Position numbers and translations under genes: made by a program | Source: Lama guanicoe | Taxonomy: Eukaryota | DNA length: 64,000 bases | Direction of reading: 5' to 3' | Assembly (NCBI GenBank): GCA_013239625.1 | Contig: MU054391.1 | Coordinates: 7,037,095-7,101,094 of the forward strand | Shown here: positions 38,234 to 49,040 of the stretch, one piece after another | How the letters are laid out: each line of letters starts with the position of its first letter | Numbering within the stretch: the stretch's first letter is position 1 | Notes under the pieces: generated by a model | Database searches by the model: none | What the model saw: only the letters and a program-made list of their open reading frames with translations | What the model was told of the DNA's origin: nothing

Positions 38234-38544
38234 CTGGAAAAGGTAATTCCAAGGGTTACAGCGGTAGCACCAAGGCTCAGCGATGCTCCAGTCACCAGGC
38301 TGTGCCCAAGGGCCAGGGGTCTCAGCATCAGGAAGGGGCGATCGCAGGTTTACAAGACGAAGTTGAGAAAACTCTCAGAAAGTAGAGAGAGAGAGCAATG
38401 AAAATAGAAGAGAGAAGAAAATTTGGGAAGGTTCGGATGGTTACCATCTACATAATAATATTCTAGAAAGAAAAAGAATTGAGAAAACAGAGGAGAAGAA
38501 ATTAAAATGGAAAAAAAACCTACAAACCAAAACCATATTTAAGA

Positions 38545-38792
38545 AATTAATTAAAAACACCATACTGCTAAAAAATGCTAACCATCACCTGAGCCTTCAG
38601 ATTGTCATAATCTTTTTGCTGGAGGAGGGTTTGAAATATTTTGAGAATTACCAAAATGTGACATACAGACATGAAGTGAACAAATGCTGTTGGAAAAATG
38701 GTGCCGATAGACTTGCTCAACTCTGGGTTGCCACAAATCTTCAATTTGTAACGAACACAATGTGAAGGATAATGAAACGAAGTATGTCTGTA
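38545..38792 (+). mobile_element. Tigger1-derived DNA transposon fragment in NTSR2 intron 1
   Basis: aaaaaatgctaaccatcacctgagccttcag, gagaattaccaaaatgtgaca, tgctgttggaaaaatggtgccgatagacttgct; ends ctg-TA. Confidence 0.82.
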
Positions 38793-40147
38793 CAGCTTTT
38801 TATACTTTCAAAAACTCCTTGAGCAATTTCCTTGGTCAAAAAGCACTGATTAATATGGATAATGAATCAACTCACTGATAAGACCCAAGAAGAAAGGTGG
38901 ACCAAAATAATCTTAATTTGAGTCTGGTTATTTTGCTGTGTTAACATAGACTGTATGTCTCAGGTTAAACATTTTTTACCTATACCATTTGTCAAATAAT
39001 GCTGTTACACTGAAGGAATTCACTACATATAACATCAAAAGCTTGCCCCTCGAACACTTCTCGTGTTTTATTGCATGGGTCCGTCTGCACCATGGAAATT
39101 CTGCAAGTAGCATATTTGCAACGCAAACATCGCCTGACACTTTTCTCTCTCTCAAGCCTAACTCCAACATAAGTATGGCCTGGAAACCACTACCCTAGTC
39201 TGTGAAGAGTGGTGGAACTTGACTACCAGGCCTTTTGGGCCTGTGGTTGTCGGTTCTTTGCCAGGGCCACCCCAGGGTGCAGCAGGGAGCTGGGGAGTCA
39301 GGCCTGGGGCAGGAGCAGCAGTGCACTGACTATTCTGCTGGGCAATTCCACTGCAGCTCAGAACCTGCATGGAGGCTGCTGGGATGCTGGGAGGTGGGTG
39401 AGCATCCCGTGCTGCTCTGTGGCTATGATGTGCTTGGTCCAGCGCTGGGGCAGGCGGCAGGTGGGCTGGACTGCTGAGGTCTGAGTTCATGGTTAGTCCA
39501 CCGGAAGCATTGCTCAGAGGAGCAGCTCCCACTGTTGTCAGTGGGCTCCCTTATTCTGACTGCTGTCTTGATTCCCTGCACAACCAGTTCCATTAGTGTG
39601 GTTACTGCTGATGGGTTTTGGTATTTTTTGTTTTGGTTTGGTTTGGTTTCCTTTATCATCAGGTCCAGATTGGGGTAAGGAATTTGACAACTTGCCAAAA
39701 TGTCTGGTATAGGAAGTGGATTTTAAAAAATTGGGGATCTTACCTAGCCAGTTCTGAGTCATTCTTCCTGTAGGGACCATAGTAAGCAACTTCTGAAGCA
39801 AGCGGAATGTTTTCTTATTGGGTTTAACTTCACATTTTCCTGTGTTCTTGTTAAGGCTGCAGTCGGTATATGTATTTTTTTTATCCTTCATTAATGTTGA
39901 ATATTCAGGCCTCTCTTTTATTCAGGCTTAAAATCCCATTAAACTAGTTGTTCTTCCCAGCTTGTCGGGGGGCTAAAGATGACTTGTTTTGGTGATAATA
40001 AAAAAGCAGAAGCCTGGGGTGGGTCAAGCAATCTATATTTTTACCAGCTCCTGAGGTAATTTTAGACCCAGTCACGTTTGATCACCACTCCTGCAAGAGT
40101 AGGAAGAACAGACTTTCAGAGTTAATTTTGAATTCAAATCTGGACTT

Positions 40148-40185
40148 TTCCCCCTCTCCTTTTCCTTCCTTCCTTCCTTCCTTTC

Positions 40186-40243
<58 letters not shown>

Positions 40244-40246
40244 TTC

Positions 40247-40284
<38 letters not shown>

Positions 40285-40383
40285 CTTTGTTTCTTTCTTT
40301 CCTTCTCTCTTTCTCTCTTCCTTTCTCTCTCTCTTTCTCTCTTCCTTTCTTCCTTTCTCTCTCTCTCTCTCTTTCTTTCTTTC
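40148..40383. repeat. Compound (TTCC)/(TTTC)/(TC) polypyrimidine microsatellite
   Basis: About 235 nt of almost pure pyrimidine tetranucleotide repeats. Confidence 0.95.
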
Positions 40384-40800
40384 TTATATAGTTAATTTAC
40401 AGTATGGTATTAGTTTGAGGTATACAGCAAAGTAATTCAGTTATGTGTATACATGTTTTTTTCAGATTATTTTCCATTATAGGTTATTACAAGATACTGA
40501 AATATTTCCCTATGCTATACAGTATATCCTTGTTGCTCATCTATTTTAATACAGTAATTTGTATCTGTTAATCTCATACTCCCAACTTATCCCTCCCCTC
40601 TCCCTTTCTTCTTTGGTAACCATAAATTTGTTTTCAATGTCTGTGAGTCTATTTCTGTTTCATTATGTCAATTCATTTGTATTATTTTTTAGATGCCACA
40701 TATGAGTGAAATCATATAATACTTGTCTTTCTCTGTCTGGCTGAGGATGATATTCTCTAGGTCCATCCATGTTGCTGCAAATGGCAACATGTCATTCTTT
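40151..40800 (-). mobile_element. L1 3' end with a microsatellite-expanded tail, inserted into a MIR in NTSR2 intron 1
   Basis: L1 3' UTR motifs 40385-40800; TSD TCTGGACTT(T/C)TC at 40139-40150 and 40801-40812; MIR-like flanks. Confidence 0.88.
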
Positions 40801-40939
40801 TCTGGACTTCTCTTAATGCTTCACTTTAGCCAAGTCTCTCCCCAAATCCTCCGTAAAATGGGGCAATGAGACCCAACTTTCTGGCTGGTCGCGAGTATTA
40901 GAGATGGAAACACAGGTCGTCTGGTCGCCTCTCCCCCTT

Positions 40940-41710
40940 ACCTGGATGAAGATCTGCAGCGTGGTGCGGCTCACCAGCACGGTGCACACGCGCGAGGCGG
41001 GCTCTGGCTCCCCGCCCGCCGTCTCCAGCTCGTGCTTTTGCCCCATGATGACTGCCATGGGCAGGGCCAGGCCGAGCGAGGCGGCCCAGACGAGCGACAG
41101 CAGGCGGCGAGTCCTGCGCAACGTCAGCAGGCTGCGGGCGCGCAGGGGCTGGCACACGGCCAGGCAGCGCTCGGCGCTCAGGCAGGCCACGCTGAGCACC
41201 GTGGCGTAGGTGCACAGCTCGCGCAAGAAGTAGTAAGCGCGGCAGCCCAGGTCGCCGAAGACCCAGGGGTAGTGGAACCACACGAAGTTGTAAAGCTCCA
41301 TGGGCATGCCGACCAGCAGCAGCAGCAGGGCGGAGAGGGCCAGGCTGAGCACGTGGTAGCGCAGGCGCCCCGGGGGCCCGGCCCGCGCCTTCAGCACCAC
41401 GTGCACGGACAGCGCATTGCCCGCCGTGCCCAGCGCGAAGATGAGCGAGTACAGCGCGGTGAACAGCACCTTGGCCCAGAGGCGCGTGTCCACGCCCAGG
41501 CGGGCATCCAGGCTCAGGGTGGGGCCCGGGCTGGGGCCCGGGGGCCGCGGGCTGCTGGTCTCCATCCGGCTCCCGCGGCGCCGCTCCCTCCTTCTCACTG
41601 CCCGGAGACTGGGCAAACTGCCCTGTTAACGAGCGCCGCCTCCTCTCTGGGAACCTCCAGAATGGGAGGACACGCCCCTCGAAGGGTGCCCCGGAGCCAG
41701 CGCAGGATCA
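40940..41710. promoter_or_regulatory. NTSR2: CpG island over NTSR2 exon 1 and proximal promoter
   Basis: Very high GC and CpG density relative to the flanks (judged by eye). Confidence 0.75.
40942..41565 (-). CDS. NTSR2: Neurotensin receptor 2, coding exon 1 (624 nt, TM1-TM4)
   Basis: ATG at 41565; METSSPRPPGPSPGP...DTRLWAKVLFTALYSLIFALGTAGNALS...SAERCLAVCQP...TLQIFIQ; donor CAG|gtaagg; lies in a CpG island. Confidence 0.97.
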
Positions 41711-43811
41711 CAAGTGTAAGCCGGTTAGCCAAGCTCACATTTCTCAGTTCAGTTCCAAGCAGGGAAACACGTGCTGGGTGGATGGTGGACTCTTTGGGGG
41801 GGACCCTGCAGACATGAGTTGAGCCAGACAGACGCCTCCACTTCCTAGCTGTGTGACCTTGGGCAAGTTATTTTTATCCTCACTCAATCTGTTTCTGCAT
41901 TTAAAAAATATTATCTACTTTGCAGCATCCTTGTGAAGATTGAGTGAATCTGTGTGAAACTTATTACCTGCAGCATAAATAGGCATCCCACATGTACCAT
42001 GTGCCCCTATGCTGTGCTGCTCTCTGTGTGTACAGCCCCAGGGACAACTGGTCAAGAATTTACGAGCACATCAACATTTTGCAGCTGTTACTCTTCTTGC
42101 TAAAGGGCTCTTTCATCTTCTTGCTGAAGGCTGGTTCGGTGCTGCACTAATATCCCCCAGGAGCTCCTTTGTCACCATCAGATGCCTCATCCTGGTATCA
42201 TGCTTCCCCAGTCCCTTGAGAATGTCATTCTCATGGAGCAGTGGGAGGAAGTGACAAGAAGTGGGTTTAGCATGTTTTAAAAACCTTCCATTGGTCTCTT
42301 TCCTAGCACCACAACTTTAGAGCTGAAAGGCCCTTGCAGAGGCCTTCTTATCTCACCCTTAGATCTTGGGGCATTTAGGGGCAGAACCAGGTCTCCTGAC
42401 TTTCTGTGTTCAGCAACGTTGTTATGGCCCAGTGATGCTTCATCTTCCATCTGAATATACAACCACACAGTGGCTTTGGGGACTAGGGCTTCAACATGGA
42501 AGTTTTGAGGGGACACAGTTCAGTCCATAACAAGGATTCCATACATATGAGTTTTAGACAAATGTTCTTTAAAGAAAATAAGCAGTATTAATACATTTTA
42601 AACTTTTTACTAGATTTCATGGAGCTCAGTAAGGCTGGGAAGAGGCGAGTCCCTGCTTCCCTCCCCTTGGAAGAATTCCCCAAGTACTTAGGCTCCCCAG
42701 GTCTAGGCTGGAAGCGTGGAGAGAACCCGGGGTGAAGTCAGAAGAGGTGAGTACAAGTCTGAGCTCTGCTGATCACTGGTTGTGTGTTTTGGACAAGCCA
42801 CCAGTCTCTCTTAGCCTAGTTTGCTCACCTGAAAATACTATGATCTGTTTTTCTTACCTCTTTGGGTTAGAGCACTGAGCAGATAGGAATCATCGGGGCT
42901 GACATTTTCAGGCTGTCACTTTAGGGAGTGAAATCCTTAATTCCCACAAGGTAAGGATGCTCCAAGGAAAAGGGGACAGTCTCTGGTTCTTCATTTGTGA
43001 TACTTTTGGGGGTTGAGTCTGTTTTTCCAGGATGGAGTGTCAGAGCTGTGAAGAGGCATTGTTGTTGCCCCTGAAGGACAGCTCCAAGCAAGCATCCTCT
43101 GTCATGCAGAAAGAGGAAAGTTTCCTTTCTGTCTTCTGTGGATGGGCCTCTCCAGCCAAGTCAGAGGAGGAGGGTAGAGTACAGCTAATGAGGGAGTGAG
43201 CAAGATTCAATGCCAGTGACACACCCAGTGGGTAGCAGGGGGCTTGGAAATTCTATCTTCACCCAGGGGACCAGAGGAGAAGGATGGACATGCCTCTGAT
43301 TATAAATCTCATACATGGTCCCCCAACCTGAGACTCTTCTAGAGAGCATATCCATGTACGGATGCTCTGAGCCTAGAGCTTGCTTCTTCAGTGCCCACGA
43401 GAATGTAATTTTGCTTCTGAATAAAACCATCACTGTGTTAAGATTGGTTTCTGCCTGTACTGGAAGACTCTGATCCTTGATATCCTCCTCTGTCTACATT
43501 AGGATCAAAATCTTGGCTTTCCTGTTTAGCCACAGACCAGGCCAAGTTCCTTGATCTCTGATTGTGCGGTGCTGGAGGGCGCTGCCGGGTGTGGGCAGTT
43601 ACAGAAGGGCAGCAGTTCGGAGTCCAGGGATGCCAGAAGTGGGGGGTGCTCTGCCTCGGGCTGTCCGGGCAGTAGTGTAAAGCACTGACAAGGCTTCCTG
43701 GCCAGGCAGGAGGGGCCTCTGTGGCCAGGAATCTGGGTTTTCTGCTTGCTTTGTGTGCTTGGGTTCTTGACTTTCTTGCCTGTTGCCTGTAGGATCCCAT
43801 AAAAGGGCTTC

Positions 43812-44188
43812 TGCTGTGGATTGAATTGTGTTCCCCCTCCCCAGTTCACATGTGGAAGCCCTACTAAGCCCTAGTGTGACTGTATTTGGAGTAAGGAAGT
43901 AATTAGGGTTAAATGAGGTCATGAGGGTGATTAGTATCCGTATAAGAGGAGACAGCAGAGAGCTCCCCTCCCCCACCCTCTGCCCGCCACTCTCTCTCTC
44001 TCTGCCACATGAGGACACAGTGAGAAGGACAATGTCTACAAGCCAGGAAGAGAGCTCACACCAGCAGCCAAAGCTATCGGCACCTTAATCTGGGACTTCC
44101 AGCCTCCAGAACTGTGAGAAAATACATTTCTGTTGTTTGAGTCCCCATCTATGGTGTTCTGTTATGGCAGCCTGAGCAGACTACGACA
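43812..44188 (+). mobile_element. Complete MaLR solo LTR (MLT1A/B-like) with 5-bp TSD
   Basis: TG...CA termini; GCTTC at 43807-43811 and 44189-44193; ggacttccagcctccagaactgtgagaaaata motif. Confidence 0.92.
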
Positions 44189-44372
44189 GCTTCCAACCCC
44201 GATCAGCTTTTGGTCCTGATGCCAATGAATGACCTGAAAAGATTACTTGCTACTTAAACCTTGGGGAAAAAAGACAGTTAATTCCCTGTTTCCCTCACTC
44301 CAGGATTGAGTCATGGTGAGGGTTTCCAACTCAGAAGAATGGAGTTTGCCTTCATGGGAACAACAGAGTCTC

Positions 44373-44427
44373 TGTGTGTGTGTTTATGTGTGTGTGTGTG
44401 TCTGTGTGTTTTGAGAGAGAGAGAGAG
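44373..44427. repeat. Compound (TG)n(GA)n microsatellite
   Basis: Read directly. Confidence 0.85.
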
Positions 44428-44719
44428 GGGGGCAGAAGATGCACCACAACCTGTGTAACATAACATAGTCAAAGGTTCTGGGGATTTGGATGTGGACAAT
44501 TTTGGGGGCCAATATCCTGCCTGCCAACACCTCAGGTCGCTGCTTTCTCTCCTTCCCCCACAACCCAAGGGTGGCCTTCGCACCCCCTTGCTTGCTCAGG
44601 TCTCACCACCACCCTCTGCTGGTCTCCTTCACCCCTCCCCATATCCTTCCAAACAGCTCCCTTATTATCATCAAGGACCCAGCTCGAATATCCCATCTGT
44701 TTTCTGCTACAACCTTAAT

Positions 44720-45810
44720 GGACCTAGCATATGTGCATGAAAAAGGGCTGTTATTTAAATCTATACAGAACTCTAAATGCTCAACAATAAGAAAACTGAC
44801 TTGATTTAAAAATGCGCCAGAGACCTGAACAGACACCTCACCAAAGAAGATATACAGATGGCAAGTAAGCATATTAAAAGACACTCCACATCATGTGTCA
44901 TCAGAGAAATGCAAATTAAAAGAACCAAGAGCTACCATCAGTCACCTATTAGAATAGCTGAAATGGGGGACACTGACAACACCAAATGCCAACAAGGATG
45001 TGGAGCAACAGGAACTCTCATCCACTGCTGGTGGGAAATACAGACTGTTACAGCCACTTTGGGAGACGTTTTGGTGGTTTCTTACAAAACTAAACGTACT
45101 CCTACCGTACGAGCCAGCAATTGTGCTCCTTGGTATTTATCCAGAGGAGCTGAAAATTTACATCACCACAAAAGCCCACACAGAGATGTTTATAGAAGCT
45201 TTATTTATAGTTGCAAAACTTAGAAGTAACCAAGATGACCTTCAGAAGGTGAATGGATAAATAAACTGTGGTATATCCAGATAATGGAATATTATCCAGC
45301 ACTAAAAAATAAGGAACTATTGGGGTGGAGGTACAGCTCAGTGGTAGAGCACATGCTTAACATGCACAATGTCCTGGGTTCAATCCCAGTATCTCCATTA
45401 AAAAAAAAGAATAATGTAGAAACCTTAAAATTTTTTTAAAAATGGGCTATCCAGACATGAAAAGACATGGAGGGAGGGAGAGGTGATGGGCAGAGCACAG
45501 AGGACTTTCAGGGCAGTGAAACTCCTCTGTGTGATCTCATTGAAGGTTATACCCGTCCTTAGACACCTGTCAAAACCACAGAATGTAAAACACCGGGAGT
45601 GAACCTTCATGTAATCTATGCACTTTGAGGGATAATGATCAATCAATTTAGGGTCACTGATTATAAACTGTACCCCATGGTTGTGGGCTGTTGACAGTGA
45701 CGAGGTTGTATGTGTGTGGGAACAGGGACTCTAAGGGAACTCTGTACTTCCAGCTCAGTTTTGCTGTGAGCCTAAACTGCTCTAAAACATAGTTTATTAA
45801 TTTTTAAAAA
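44720..45810 (+). mobile_element. L1MC-like fragment (ORF2 C-terminus plus 3' UTR), interrupted by a SINE
   Basis: Decayed ORF2 tail IREMQIK...CQQGCGATGTLIHCWW (Cys/His knuckle); 3' end ggaactctgtacttccagctcagttttgctgtgagcctaaactgctctaaaa. Confidence 0.88.
45322..45440 (+). mobile_element. tRNA-derived SINE (Vic-1 type) nested in L1
   Basis: gtacagctcagtggtagagcacatgcttaacatgcacaatgtcctgggttcaatcccagta plus A-tail. Confidence 0.85.
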
Positions 45811-48800
45811 GCCGAGGTGACTTTTTCACATGCTGTGTCCCCTACTGTGTGAGGTACTATTGGAGCTAAAGATGAGTAAGGCCTGGACCCTGTCCCTACG
45901 GTGGGTGAGAAAATAAGATGTAAACTGGCAGGTAGCTCACCTGTCCCGGCACACTCTCAGTGTCGAATAAGAGGAGTGGATGGTGAGGATTCTGAGCTCC
46001 ACCTCCTCCTGCCAGGTGAGCCCCTCTGAGTCTGTTTCATCTGGGAAAGGATAGCACCTAACCTTGGGAATCAGAGGTGATATGTGTGAGAAAAGCACTT
46101 GACCCCTGGAAGAAGCTCAGAAATGTTATCCCCAGCCCTGCATCCTTTTTCTCAAAAGTCAAAGAATGGAAACATCTTTATGGAGTCAAGAGATCAGAGA
46201 GGGCTCCATGGATGGGGGGAGGTTTGACCTGGGCCTAGATAGTGGGCAAATCTGAAAAGGAAGAGAGGAGGGGACAGGCTTTCCAGGAAGGGGTCATGGC
46301 ATGAGCTAAGGCTTAGAAATGGGAAAACCCAAAGTGCTCCTGGGGGGCTCACAGGAGACTCCCAGACTGTGGACCCGGCAGCCAGGGGGAAAGGGGTGCC
46401 CTGTGGCTTCTCCCAGCTGTGAGCATGCAGGGGCCATGTTTCTGGGGAAATCCAGCGTGGTCCTGGCTGTGGTCCTTTGGGTCAGTGACAGTCCTCAGGA
46501 GCTCCCGTGGAGGACAAGTTGCAGAGCACAGCCCGTGGAAGTCCCAAGTGAAACAGAGCCTCCGTTTCCTCGTGTGTAAAGTGGGAGTGTTAATGCCCAC
46601 CTCAAGGTTATGTGAGGATGAATAGTTGTCACCGCTTTTGAGGGTCTGATACGTGCCAGGTGTTGTGACAGGGACTGTCTGTGCATGGCCTCGAGTATCC
46701 CCGCAGCAGCCCTATGACGGAGACACTATTTTTATCCGCATTTCCCTGATAAGGAAACAAAGGCTCTTAAAGGCCTGAGTCAGAACAGCTTCTAGGGGCT
46801 GAGTCAGACCCAGAGCCCAGGTCTGCGTGACTCAGATGGTGAGGTTCAGTCATCACCTGGCGCTTCCGGGAGCCCCGTCAACACTCACGTCCCCATTCCC
46901 AGGTGCACCAGGCAAACCAGTGCAGGCTGTCCGCGGCAGCGGGACATGCGTCAGCCTGATCTCCCATCTCCAACACGTGTGGCCAGCAGGGCTGTGAAAC
47001 CTGCCTGGGCTCGGAGCACCCAGGGCCACGCCCTCCCCCCTTGTTCGCTGCGAGGCTGCACGTGACTGCACCTCCGGCTGGATGCGGGGAGGCCGGTGTG
47101 CTGGGTGCAGGGCAGCCTCTCCCGTGTGGCGCTGTGCACCTATCAGACTGCCACCTAATGCTCAACACCACCAGGTAGAGTTACTCACAATCTTATCACT
47201 CCTTGGTCATGAGGTTCTTAAAATATCTTGAGAGGATGAATTAAAAATAGGAAGAGTGGTGGGAACCCAGCTCAGTAGAAGCGTCTTAAAGTGTTATTTT
47301 CCTCCCTTACGTTTAGGACATCTGGGGGCATTCAGAGAGGGCCCCATTCCAGTGGGGAAGTTGGGGGCCCCGGCTCTGGGACAATGTGTCTTGGTCCCTC
47401 CCTGCACTTTGCGCTCCCCTCTGGGGTGAGGAAGGCCAGCAGCACAGTGTGGCCAGGATCATGGTGACCTGGGAACTGGACTGGGGTTGAATACTTCCCA
47501 GCTCCTTCCTGGGTGGAGCACCTGGGAAGCCACCGACCCCAGCCTGTAAAGGAAAGTCATTATACCCATTGCTTAGATGGGACACACCCAGCGCCTTTCG
47601 TGTATTTGTCCACCTCACTCCCACCATAGCCCCTGATGGATTCCTGATCAGGGACCCCCCTCAAGAGGGAAGGAGGAAGAGGAGTGAAGAGGGTGGACCA
47701 GCCAGGCCTGGCTGGGGGGGAGCTGGAGGGCCAGGGACGGCACGTCTCAGGGTGTGGAGTAGAGTTGAGGGACGTCAGGAGGCAGTTGGTCTTAGCATCG
47801 CAGGAGGACACGAGGAGCAGCAGCAGCTCTGGGCATCGAGGCGGCGACAGGTTCCTCTGGGCTAAGTGTCAGGGAAGCTGTCTCCCTCGGTCCCTGTCAA
47901 ACTAGAGCGAAACCTCTACACCCACCCCTGCAGCGCACCCTGTGACCCCCGGCCTCGCCCAGAAACCACCCCAGTTATGTGCCCTCCCTCCCCGCCTGCC
48001 GCAGGGCCCTCTAAACCTGCCCTCCTCTGAGCTTGGCCCCATCGCCATGAATCCACAGCTCCTGGTAGGATGAGAACCACATTTCAAGTACCGTGTTGGA
48101 GCCAACCTGGCCCTGCTCGGTCATTTCCCGCTTCATGACCCAAGACCAGTTCTTCAGCTCCTACTGTACTTCTGTAAACTTATAGGGTTGCTGGCAGAAT
48201 ATGTACCAGAAAGCAGCTTGAATGCCTGGCTGCCCGGTGTGTGGAGAGCATTCAGATCCAGCGAGGCATCACGATGCTGCTGCTGAGCTTGCAGAGATGA
48301 CGATGTGGCTCCCTGGGGAAGGGAGGCCACCGAACCCAGCCTTCTGACTCCTCGGGGGGTACCTAGGCACAGAGAGAAAGGATTCCCATAGCTTTTGTGG
48401 GAACACTGATGGAACAGAAAGTGAACTGACTACAGTCCACACAGCCTTTTTTGCAAGGTTCCCTGCACCCAGCACACGCGGTGATCTCTCAAATCCCCTC
48501 TGGTGACAGCCCTCGGTGGATTTGAATCCCAGTTCTGTCCTTTGTTGCTCTGTGATCTTGGGGGCAGTTAGTCAATCTCTGAGTCTTACAAATTCCTCTG
48601 GGCTGGTGAGACCAGAATGGCCAGCAGTCAGCCAGCCAGGGTCACGCCCCCTCACCAGGGTGTTCCTCTCACAAAGTTTAGAGAGACTGGCATCTGGGGG
48701 AAATTTCTACATCCTTCAGGGAACAGGAGGTGTTGTTTTGTTAGCCAGTCCCAGGTGGGAGAGGATTTGCAATTCAACACTCTGCTCTTTGCCTGAGCCT

Positions 48801-48959
48801 TGTGACTTGGCTGGGCTCCTGGGTGTAAAGAGAAGCCGCCTGCTCCAGGCTCAGTGTCGCCGGCCCAGCCTCCCAGCTCCGGTGAGGGTGAAATTAACTG
48901 CTGTAGGACCCTGCTCTCCCAGCGCCAGGGAGGAGGCGGCCGGCATCCCTTGGCTGGCT

Positions 48960-49040
48960 ATGGAGGAACAGGACCACGCCTGCGGCTCCACCTGGGAACC
49001 CCCACAGGACAAGAGCCGCCCGGATTCACCTTGGTCATGG
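48960..49040 (+). CDS. LPIN1: Coding part of the far-upstream alternative first exon of lipin-1 (N-terminally extended isoform)
   Basis: gctATGG Kozak; MEEQDHACGSTWEPPQDKSRPDSPWSW (27 codons) then TGG|gtaagg donor; resembles the recalled human long-isoform start MGEQDGIRSSSWETSQGKSSPDSAWSW; about 7 kb from the NTSR2 start, as expected from synteny. Confidence 0.8.

Noticed and set aside
40128..40391. 87-aa Phe/Leu/Ser-rich ORF that looks like a membrane protein
   Set aside because: Translation of the (TTTC)n microsatellite.
41566..41616. 17-codon N-terminal extension of NTSR2 shown in the ORF track
   Set aside because: Starts at a non-ATG codon; the conserved METSS start is at 41565.
41032..41817. 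261-aa ORF antisense to NTSR2 exon 1
   Set aside because: Typical antisense shadow of GC3-rich coding sequence in a CpG island.
44858..45260. ORFs resembling the C-terminus of L1 ORF2
   Set aside because: Frameshifted relic of an old L1, not a gene.
45322..45395. tRNA-like sequence (also at about 16370-16443 and 56295-56367)
   Set aside because: Diverged stems, A-rich SINE tails and insertion into L1 indicate SINE heads, not tRNA genes.
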